Positions 47,720 to 56,600 of a stretch of DNA of 64,000 nt are shown piece after piece. The notes beneath the pieces were generated by a model. The model was not told where the DNA came from. It was given only the letters and a program-made list of their open reading frames with translations, and searched no databases. Origin of the DNA: Candidatus Saccharimonadales bacterium (GTDB lineage: Bacteria > Patescibacteriota > Saccharimonadia > Saccharimonadales > JACQNP01); the NCBI GenBank assembly GCA_041742395.1, contig JBGSIS010000028.1, positions 31,147 through 95,146 on the forward strand, written 5' to 3'. Position 1 is the stretch's first letter. The number at the start of each line of letters is the position of its first letter. The translations under genes and the position numbers were made by a program.

Positions 47720-50700
47720 TTAGTTGCCAAGTTCAGTTAGATAGACAGTCACATTAGTAGGCGTATCAGTAAGTGTTGCTCCTTTAGCAATGTTGCTAGA
47801 ACACACTGTATATCTAACTAATGCAGCCACGCCTGGGTTATGTACGAAAGTACCGACTATCTGGTAAGGATCATTGTTATTAGTTGTGAATCCAGCTACC
47901 ATTGGCTTTCCAACCTGAAGGCTTGTAGTACAGTTTGGCGCTGAACCGTCAGTCGTATAGACAACTCTGGCGCCTAACCAAGCATCGTTATTCGTGTTAG
48001 CTAGTCCGCCAATGTGAATTGTTACTTGAACATTGGCAGTAGTCTTGTTGGTAGTAATGTTTGGTCTAGTAGCATCGTTAAACAACTCTGTTGTATTTAT
48101 GTCACCCGCAAACGCGGCTGGAGTTGTATCATCAAAATTTCCTGTATCTGGTTCTGGTGTAATACAGTCATTCCAGGCGCTGTTTTCGAAACATCTAAAT
48201 TTATTGTTTGTACTATTGTAGTATTGAGCCCCTGCTACGCCTGTTGGGTCGGCACCGGTTTTACTATCAAGTACGAACAATACTCCAGTAGCATCACCAG
48301 TAGATGAGCCTACTTGGATTATTGAACCTGCGGTATCAACAGTAAAGAAGTTGCTTGTTCCAGCAGCGTTCCTAACTTGGAGTGCTGTTGTTGAATCAGT
48401 ACTAATCTGTGTGGCACCTCCGTTGGCTATAGTAAAGACACCGTTACCATTCTTTTGTAGTGTAAGGATGTTGCCACTTGCGCCCGTCTTGTTTGCGAAC
48501 AATGAAGCAGATGTTGAACTATCTGTGACTGAAAGCCTTCCACTTGCAGATGTACTTCCAATTGCTACGTTACCACTTCCACTAAAACTAAATACGTTAC
48601 TGCCCAAGTCAATGTCACGACTTGCCGACAATGCGCCTCCTATATTAATGCTATTAGTAGTTCTGGTTAAGCCATCGCCGAACGTAAGTGGATTTTCGTA
48701 GTCGGTTCCAGCTGTTGCTAATGACAGAGTACCTGATCCATCAGCTTTTATAATTCCGCCAGCACTTAGTCCACTAAATGTAATTGAACCGGATGATGTA
48801 AGTCCGGTAATGTTCTGTAATGATCCTCCGTTAGTCAGACGGTTAACCCCGGCAGTAAACAGTGAACCCTCGCTAATATTTAGGTTTGCTACGCCTGTAC
48901 CAGAGTTAGTAAGACTCAAGCTAGTATCAGCAGCATCATTGAGATTAAACGATAATGTACCGCTTGCTGTTCTTAATATAGATGTATCCGTTCCGTCGAT
49001 TACAATTGCATTACTGGCCGAGTTTAGAGTTAAGTTTGATGAGCCACCAGAAGCTAGTGTAAGTGCACCTGTACCAGTAATGTTACCGACGTTTGTTAGA
49101 TTACCGCTATTATCTATTCGAGTAATACCTGCTGTTTGTAGAGTTCCTGCAGAAGTATTTATGTCGCCTGATCCGGTAAACGAGGTTCCACCAGAGATAG
49201 CCCCAGAAAGCGTAAGGGCACCAATATTAACTAAATTACCGCTATTATCAATCCTATCAGTACTGTTAGTTTGGAGTGAGCCACCAGTAGTGTTAAAGTT
49301 TCCAGAGCCTGTTACAGTTGTTCCGCCGCTGATTGAGCCGTTTAGAGAGATAGTCGTAAGTCCAGATATTGCACCGCCAGCAGAGATACTTCCGATATTC
49401 GATAGATTACCTGAGTTATCTATTCTTGTTATGCCTGCTGTTTGTAGAGAGCCTGCTGAAGTGTTGATGTTTCCAGATCCGCTAATTGTAGTTCCGCCGC
49501 TTATTGAACTACTTAATGTCAGGGTGGTTACACCGCTCAATGATCCACCGGCACTAATACTTCCAATATTTGTTAGATTGCCAGAGTTATCGATCCTTGT
49601 AGTACTATTTGTCTGAATAACTCCTCCTGTTGTATTTATGTTTCCAGAACCGGTAAACGAGGTTCCACCTGATACAGCACCCGAAAGTGTAAGAGCTCCA
49701 ATGTTTACTAGATTGCCGCTGTTATCGATTCTGTCGATACTGTTGGTTTGGATTGAGCCACCAGAAGAGTTAAAGTTTCCAGAACCTGTTATAGATGTGC
49801 CACCACTTATTGAGCCGTTTAGAGAAATAGTCGTAAGTCCAGATATTGCACCACCGGCTGAGATACTGCCAATATTTGATAGATTACCACTATTATCTAT
49901 TCGAGTTATGCCTGCTGTTTGTAGTGCCCCTGCTGAAGTGTTGATATCACCTGATCCGGTGAATGATGTTCCGCCAGAGATAGCTCCAGACAATGTTAGT
50001 GTTCCTATATTAAGTAGGTTTCCGGAGTTATCTATTCTATTAGTACTATTAGTTTGGATTGAACCACCAGTAGAATTAAAGTCTCCTGAACCAGTTACTG
50101 TTGTTCCTCCGCTGATTGAGCCACTAATGGATAAGTTAGTAACGCCAGAAATTTCACCAGCTTCGGTGATACCGCCAGAGTTATTGTCTAAGCCCCCAGT
50201 ATTTGACAATCCACTTGCTGAAATTATTAATCCTCCGCTAAACGTCTTCTGTCCAGTAAAGGTCTGAAGCCCGCTAAGTAATGCAACGTTGGCACTTAGC
50301 TGTCCATCATCAAGAGTACCAGCTGCAATTGCCGAAGCCGATATGTTTGTAATCCCTGCACCATCACCAGTTAACTCACCCGTTACGTTCAAGTCGCCAC
50401 TAATGTTCACAACTCCTGTACCGCTATTTGCCTGTAATGATAAGTTGCCTGTACTTATTAGGTTTCCGTCGCTTAAAGTTGTACTTCCCGCTCCGACAAC
50501 TACACCACCCAAGAAATAACCCTGGAAGAATCTATTTGCTAAGTTTGTATAGTCTGTATCTGTAGCGCCAATGTTTTGAATATTGTATTTTTCTATTGTT
50601 GCACTGGCGTCGTAGCTTACTGCTGGCGATACAGTTAGGGTTGCAGTTCCACCACCCGAAACAATTCGAGTGAAGTAATCCTGTCCAGCGTTATTGATGT

Positions 50701-52348
50701 AAATCACATCATTATTGGCAAAGGCTGTGCCTGTAAGGTTAATTATTGTGGTGTTAGAACCTGGTGTTCCAGTTGCAGTAGCGGTTGTGCCAGTCGCAAC
50801 ATTATCGGCTATCAAACTACTCGATAGTGTTGTTAATCCTCCGATATCTACCGTTCCGGTTGTTGAGAGGTTTCCTGCTGAAGTTATTTGCAGAGCATCA
50901 CTAGTACCTACGGTGAACAGTGCTGCTGGGCTGGCATCACCAACACCCACATTTCCGTTTGCAAGGATTGTTAGCCTTTCAACACCGTTGGTTTCAAGAC
51001 CCAAGTCATTCGAATCATTAGTACCAAGTACAGCTTTTGCACTAAAAGTATTTCCATCCTGGATAAACGCCTGTGCAACTCCACCACCTACTGACCTTTG
51101 AGCTTCAACAAAGCTTCCTTGCCTGACAGTTACATTGGCAGCATTTGCAGTGTTCTGAGACCACTGCAATGTTACGTTTCCAGGTGTAGCTCCGTTAATA
51201 ATCGTTCCAGTAACTTCGTAAACGTCGTCAGCTGTAAGTCCGGTCATAATGCCCGTGGCGGCGCCACATGCAAGATTTCCATAGGTATTTGCACTATCGA
51301 CATCATATGCACCCACCTTACAAGTTGCCCCTCCCGGAGCGGTAACTGCAAATTTAAGATCTGGAGTTGCTGGGACGTTCGCTTGAATAACAAACCTAAA
51401 ATTCCAAGTTTCATTTGCACCAATTGAGAAAAACAATTGATCGTCGTTTTGTAACGTTGCGCCAGTATTTTGTGTAGGTGGCACACCAGAATTGTTTACA
51501 GTTTCGTCTGCTGTTTTTGTTTTATTAACAAACGGATTTGTAATTCCTGAGCCTGCAGTTAGTGACGTCCAACCAGACCCAGTATATCCTTGCAAATCCG
51601 AACCGTTCCAGCGAATTGTTCCAGGTATAGTTGTAGATGTATTGCCCAGTGTAATACTGCTGCCCAAAGTTGCAGCTCCGAGTTTATCAACCGTAAACAC
51701 ATCACTACCATCACCCTGAAGTTGGATTAAACCACCAGATCCTGTTTGGTTTAATCTAAGTCCAGCGAGAGTGCTACTGAACGACTGAATCGTAACAGGA
51801 GCTTTTTGCAAAATATCACTTGCACCCAAAGTCCCTGAACCATTGGTCAGGCTATCGGCTTGCCCGGCGCGAAACGCATAAGGCACGGCAGTTAGCTTAA
51901 GCCGAGGCGACATTTCACCATCACCATTGACGTTCATAGTCAGCCATTGCTCTTGACTCCAATCGATAGTTCCTGGAAACGAAGTTGCACTTCCTAGCTG
52001 AACACTGAAGTAACCGTTTTTTACAGTTACAGCACCTTGTGTCTCAGTCCACTGAGTTGTTCCACCGGCACTAGCGTTGTAGAGATTGAACTCCATGCTG
52101 TAAGTTCCGTCAGAAACAACATTGCCGGCTGAATTCGACAACCGGCCCTGGAAGTTCAAAGTGCTGCTAGTAGCTGCTGAAGCTTCGCGCGTATATGTAC
52201 GCGTATACACACCTGCGCGCGTATAAGAAAATACAGCGAAGGAAATCAAAAGCAAAAAGAGCCCTAGCCCCATCTGGGGTAGAACTCTTCTGAAATTTAT
52301 CTTGCAACATATACGTCGCAAAATGATATGCGTCAGTCTTGCAATCAT
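47720..52348 (-). CDS. giant repetitive fibre-like surface protein (signal/TM anchor, tail-fibre-like N-terminal domain, 7 tandem G/S/T/N-rich repeats)
   Basis: 1542 aa. Hydrophobic MGLGLFLLLISFAVF near the N-terminus. Gly/Ser/Thr/Asn-rich throughout with no cytoplasmic-type motifs. Start may be ATG 52348 or ATG 52273. Confidence 0.7.
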   Translation of the reverse strand: MIARLTHIILRRICCKINFRRVLPQMGLGLFLLLISFAVFSYTRAGVYTRTYTREASAATSSTLNFQGRLSNSAGNVVSDGTYSMEFNLYNASAGGTTQWTETQGAVTVKNGYFSVQLGSATSFPGTIDWSQEQWLTMNVNGDGEMSPRLKLTAVPYAFRAGQADSLTNGSGTLGASDILQKAPVTIQSFSSTLAGLRLNQTGSGGLIQLQGDGSDVFTVDKLGAATLGSSITLGNTSTTIPGTIRWNGSDLQGYTGSGWTSLTAGSGITNPFVNKTKTADETVNNSGVPPTQNTGATLQNDDQLFFSIGANETWNFRFVIQANVPATPDLKFAVTAPGGATCKVGAYDVDSANTYGNLACGAATGIMTGLTADDVYEVTGTIINGATPGNVTLQWSQNTANAANVTVRQGSFVEAQRSVGGGVAQAFIQDGNTFSAKAVLGTNDSNDLGLETNGVERLTILANGNVGVGDASPAALFTVGTSDALQITSAGNLSTTGTVDIGGLTTLSSSLIADNVATGTTATATGTPGSNTTIINLTGTAFANNDVIYINNAGQDYFTRIVSGGGTATLTVSPAVSYDASATIEKYNIQNIGATDTDYTNLANRFFQGYFLGGVVVGAGSTTLSDGNLISTGNLSLQANSGTGVVNISGDLNVTGELTGDGAGITNISASAIAAGTLDDGQLSANVALLSGLQTFTGQKTFSGGLIISASGLSNTGGLDNNSGGITEAGEISGVTNLSISGSISGGTTVTGSGDFNSTGGSIQTNSTNRIDNSGNLLNIGTLTLSGAISGGTSFTGSGDINTSAGALQTAGITRIDNSGNLSNIGSISAGGAISGLTTISLNGSISGGTSITGSGNFNSSGGSIQTNSIDRIDNSGNLVNIGALTLSGAVSGGTSFTGSGNINTTGGVIQTNSTTRIDNSGNLTNIGSISAGGSLSGVTTLTLSSSISGGTTISGSGNINTSAGSLQTAGITRIDNSGNLSNIGSISAGGAISGLTTISLNGSISGGTTVTGSGNFNTTGGSLQTNSTDRIDNSGNLVNIGALTLSGAISGGTSFTGSGDINTSAGTLQTAGITRIDNSGNLTNVGNITGTGALTLASGGSSNLTLNSASNAIVIDGTDTSILRTASGTLSFNLNDAADTSLSLTNSGTGVANLNISEGSLFTAGVNRLTNGGSLQNITGLTSSGSITFSGLSAGGIIKADGSGTLSLATAGTDYENPLTFGDGLTRTTNSINIGGALSASRDIDLGSNVFSFSGSGNVAIGSTSASGRLSVTDSSTSASLFANKTGASGNILTLQKNGNGVFTIANGGATQISTDSTTALQVRNAAGTSNFFTVDTAGSIIQVGSSTGDATGVLFVLDSKTGADPTGVAGAQYYNSTNNKFRCFENSAWNDCITPEPDTGNFDDTTPAAFAGDINTTELFNDATRPNITTNKTTANVQVTIHIGGLANTNNDAWLGARVVYTTDGSAPNCTTSLQVGKPMVAGFTTNNNDPYQIVGTFVHNPGVAALVRYTVCSSNIAKGATLTDTPTNVTVYLTELGN
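49044..50128 (-). repeat. in-frame tandem coding repeats (7 units of about 45-56 codons; higher-order period about 477 nt)
   Basis: Unit consensus ISGGT(S/T)xTGSG(D/N)xN(T/S)xxGxxQTxxxxRIDNSGNLxNIG... The string TGAGCCGTTTAGAGA recurs at 49334 and 49811. By-eye nucleotide identity between higher-order copies is high. Confidence 0.85.
52187..52225 (-). repeat. three copies of (G/A)CGCGTATA (plus-strand reading) encoding YTR x3, just after the hydrophobic N-terminal helix
   Basis: Copies at 52187-52195, 52199-52207 and 52217-52225. The protein reads SYTRAGVYTRTYTREA. Confidence 0.7.
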
Positions 52349-52577
52349 TTACCTTACTCTTTTTGTTTTTTATTTTGGTTTTAGCGTTTTAACCTACGCC
52401 TTAGTTCAATCGCCTGATCTGAGTTTTTGTTTCTAGTTTTTGTTTTTACAGATCAATAACAGTTTAGCTAATTTTCACTACTTATGTAAAGAAGTTTTAT
52501 ATCTGTTGATGTGGATAACTTTACAATAGAGATAGAATGTTATAAAGTACTATAATACTAGCATCTTAATACTAGTA

Positions 52578-53636
52578 TTACTTTTTTACTAGATTCGACA
52601 CATACTGAACCCAATCAATCTCGTTTACCTCTTGATCGGCTTTAATTAGTACCAGTAATTCATCCTTAACATAGATTGCTGATTGCGGTCCTTTTTCTGA
52701 TTTTCCAATATAAAGTACGTTCTGATCTATCTGAACCTGCTTGGTTGCATTAAAGCTTTTTGCTAATTCTTCTATTTTCAGCTGATCGCTAAGTTGCTCT
52801 GGTTTTTTTTGCTGTGTCACAATTATTGGGATACTGGAAATTGTGTCCTTGAATGCAAAAGCAGGTGCTGCATTTTCGGGACTAACCCTTGCAAAACCAC
52901 CAAGTTGATCTATGTCTTTATCGGCTGGAACTAATGTCGCAAAATCTGGAGTTACATTAGTTGGTATTTTATTCTCTTGCGTTACTCCTTGAACCTCGCT
53001 AACTTCTATCTTCTTGTTATTACCATTACTGATAATCATAGAAGTTACCCCCACTAATGCAATAACAGATACGGCAGCAACTCCAATTGTGGGTTTCTTG
53101 TGATTTTTGTATATTACTTTGCTAAATACATAATACTTTTTCGCAGTTAGCTTGGCCGAATCAGCAAAGTTCAGAGAATGATCTTTGGTTTTTTGGACTA
53201 TTGGTTTGAGTTTCTGGGATAGACTTTTTGCTTCTGGCAAAAGTAAATCCTTAAACGCATCATCTACATTTTTACTATCAATAGAAACTTGCTGTTCTTT
53301 AAGCTTACGCTTTAACTCCTTTGCCATTTTTTTAGCAAGTTCATACTCAATTTCCAGTCGCTCAGTTTCTTTTTTTATCTGTTCTTGTTTTTTCCAAACT
53401 TCTAGAATATCTTTATCTTGATCATTTTTATTTTCGACAGTTTTAACTTTAACTCTTTTTTCTAGAGAGATCTTGCGATTTTTGTTTAACTCAATTTCTT
53501 TTGATAACTCTAATTGTTCTTTATTTAGTTTATTTAGTTTTTGGATGTCTTTTGCTTGATCTTCAGTGACTAAAGTACCGTTTGGTAATCTTACCAAACG
53601 AACATTCTGGACTGGCCTATTATTTCTATCTCCCAT
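52578..53636 (-). CDS. hypothetical single-pass membrane protein (cytoplasmic coiled coil, one TM, extracytoplasmic C-terminal domain)
   Basis: 352 aa. K/E-rich coiled coil, TM segment IGVAAVSVIALVGVTSMII, about 150-aa C-terminal domain. Lies between two giant surface-protein genes. Confidence 0.5.
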   Translation of the reverse strand: MGDRNNRPVQNVRLVRLPNGTLVTEDQAKDIQKLNKLNKEQLELSKEIELNKNRKISLEKRVKVKTVENKNDQDKDILEVWKKQEQIKKETERLEIEYELAKKMAKELKRKLKEQQVSIDSKNVDDAFKDLLLPEAKSLSQKLKPIVQKTKDHSLNFADSAKLTAKKYYVFSKVIYKNHKKPTIGVAAVSVIALVGVTSMIISNGNNKKIEVSEVQGVTQENKIPTNVTPDFATLVPADKDIDQLGGFARVSPENAAPAFAFKDTISSIPIIVTQQKKPEQLSDQLKIEELAKSFNATKQVQIDQNVLYIGKSEKGPQSAIYVKDELLVLIKADQEVNEIDWVQYVSNLVKK

Positions 53637-53672
53637 GCTTATGTATATTTTGACAGATTATGATTAAAATTA

Positions 53673-56600
53673 CTATGGTAGAGGACATTGCGCGTCATTA
53701 GATTGACGACAAGGAGTATCCAGTGGTTGTTTTTCGCCGCCCGTGAATGTCTTTCCGTGCCTCAATCTCTTTGATGGATCTGACGTAAAGAACAGAGACA
53801 AATCGGTAATTGTTGGTCCTCTTGCGGTGTCTTCTGGGTAGCCAAAAGTTTTAGATGCATCGATACTAACATAGAAGTAGTAGTACCTGGCACAATCTAT
53901 GTCAGTACCACTGCCATCTTTTGGAGTGTACGTTGCCACGTCTCCAAGTGTTACATCTCCATAATCTGTTTCTTGCCCCCATGTTGACATATCTGCACTA
54001 CCACAATCAGTAGGCACACCGTCAATGTCGTTCATTGATCTATATTTAACTTGCCACCTAGCACCGATCGAGTTATCGACACCATTCATTAACCACGAGT
54101 TTGGAAATACATCACTATCTGTATCTATCATTCTAGAATAAATAGCTACTTGTGGTTGCGACTTAACGGTCGAGTAATAATGCTTATTAGTGCTCAATAC
54201 CGAGCTACAACCTCCTCCCATTAAGTACATTTTTCCATTAGAGTATGCCAGAGCGGCACCATACCTATCTCCTGTATACCTGGTGTTTGTTTCATACCAC
54301 TCACCAGTACCAGTAGGGTTATTACCAGTAGCTATTGTTGTATTGGCGCTTATCGGCGTTATCAAAGTATTTGGTAAACAAGTGGTTGAAGCGGAACGCC
54401 CGCCAACCAAGTAAATATACCCATTGGCAGAAACGGCATCAGCATCTCTTATTGGCCCAGGTAAACTATTAGAGTATGACCAAGAACCTACGGAACCATC
54501 CTGAATGGTATAAATTGTGCCAGAATTAACTGTTTTACTTACATCTACAGTAATCGATGTTGTACTACCAAAGGCTGTGACAGTCGCCTTCGACCCGTCA
54601 GGATACTGAATGGTGCTGCCCACCATTGTTGAGGCAAAAGTAGTCCCCGAACCAGTAACGGTGCTCCCAGATTGTGAAATTGTTCCAGTCTTATAACCTA
54701 GCGAAGCAAACTGACTATCACTCAGGTAGTTCGAGCCATCGAAACCTCCAAACAGATAAAGATTATTGGCGTAGGCCGTAACTGCCGGACCTTGTCTTGC
54801 GACATTAAATGCCGTAGACGAACTCCATGTTCCAGACATATTACCACCAGAGCTCATCTTTGGGCTTACATAAACAACTGAAGAAACAGCGGCACTATCA
54901 TCGATTCCACCAACTATGTAAATTCTATTGTCCCAAACAGTTCCGCCTGAATAGGCCCTATCACCAGGCAATGTCGATGAAGCGGCTGTCCATGAACTTA
55001 CGTTACCTGAAAGTAAAGTACCATAGTAAATATCATTTTTTTCGTCTCCAGTACTATCTATACCTCCAATATAATATAGAGTTGTGTTCGTATCACCCGC
55101 AACCTCTAGCTGACCAAAAGCTCTTTGTCCTGGCATAGTTGAATCCGTAGTATTGTTCCAGGTTCCGACAGTACCATCCGAAGAACTCAACTGGGCAAAC
55201 TGAGTGTTGTCTGTTACTGTGCTACAGCTTATATCAGTACAGCCCCCCGCAACATATAGATATCCATCATGAACTGCAGCACTTGCACCAATTCTGTCTG
55301 TTGAAGTCGCATAATCTTGGTCGCTTTGAGCAGTATAGTCGTTAATAGCTCCGCTGTCGTTATTATATAGCTGGAAAGTTTGAATAGCGGGCTCAAAACT
55401 ACTACAACTATTAGGACTGTACCCTACATCACAACCCCCAATTACGTATGCATAAGAGTTAGAAACCACCACGCTTAATCCCCATCTTTGGTTAATCTGA
55501 ATACTGGAAGTAATGAAGGGATCTACACTTCCATCGCTAACATTCATTTTTGACCATTCAATAAATGGAATAACTTGAGAGGTGGTTGCATCAAAGCCAC
55601 CCAATGAGTAAATATGACCATTATATCCAAAGCTAAATCCTCTTCTTCTTCCGACATTTAACTTGTTGGGTGATTCTGTCCAGTCACTTCCTGATACCGC
55701 TACAATATTGTTACTATTGTTAATTTCGGCATATAAAACATCATCTTTGTCAGCTTCTGCAGCACTAAAACCACCAATTAGATATACGTAGTTTGCATAA
55801 ACTGTACCGGAATGAAGCCCCAATCCATCGGTTCCCCCAGTACCTGGAGTAGAGTCAATCTGTAGCTGACTTGATGTACTACAGCCAGACACACTTCCAG
55901 TTGTTGTTATGTTGCATTTATATACCTCTGTTTCGTAGTCATTACTACATGACGGTCCTGTGCCCATAGTTCCGCATCCACCAAAAATAAATAAGTTGCC
56001 TGGATTTGAACCAGCAAATAAAGGATTAGCTCTGGCGTATGCGAATGTATACGAAATATCTTCTGCAACACCGGCAGTAGTTAAGTCAACGGCAGTCCAT
56101 GCACCACCCAGACTTCCGTTAGTATTCGTAGTATTATAGTATATCTCGCCAGTCATACCACCCGTGCTATCAAATCCACCTACAAGGTATATTCTGTTAT
56201 TAAATACAGTAACGCCAGAAGCAGCAATTCCGTCAGCTCCATTTATAGTATTCGTACTATCAACACACCAAGAACCATAACTTGTACCAGAACAAGTAGA
56301 TGGCTTAGAAAGAGAACCGTCTGAGTTAATTGATACAAATGCGGTATTACTTGACACATTTTCAGAAGTTGGAGTATTTGTACCGCTATTACAGTTGTAT
56401 TCTGTGCAACCGCCAAAAACGTAAAGATAGCCGTTTAAGATTGTTGATGCGTTAAGCATATGCCCTATTTCACCGGCACCATCACCTGGGCACGCATCTG
56501 GATCGCAATCAGTATCCGAATCATCTCCTGGTAAACTACAGTTCGTAGGACTTCCACCCGTACAAGTACCAGAACCATTTCCGCTAGAAATGTTAACTGT

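Noticed and set aside
49044-50128. Regular repeat periodicity that could superficially suggest a CRISPR array
   Set aside because: There are no short identical repeats alternating with unique spacers. The units are 135-170 nt, diverge gradually and sit in frame inside a 1542-aa ORF. No cas genes are in the window.
48810-50267. Long plus-strand ORFs (268 aa and 209 aa) antisense to the 1542-aa gene
   Set aside because: They mirror the tandem repeats of the minus-strand gene and encode monotonous P/V/L/E-rich sequence. They have no start context. They stay open only because the sense strand is G/S/T/N-codon rich. They are shadow ORFs.
52395-52430. GTTCAATC string resembling a tRNA T-loop upstream of the fibre gene
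   Set aside because: I could not build flanking complementary T-stem, acceptor or anticodon arms. No cloverleaf, so not a tRNA.
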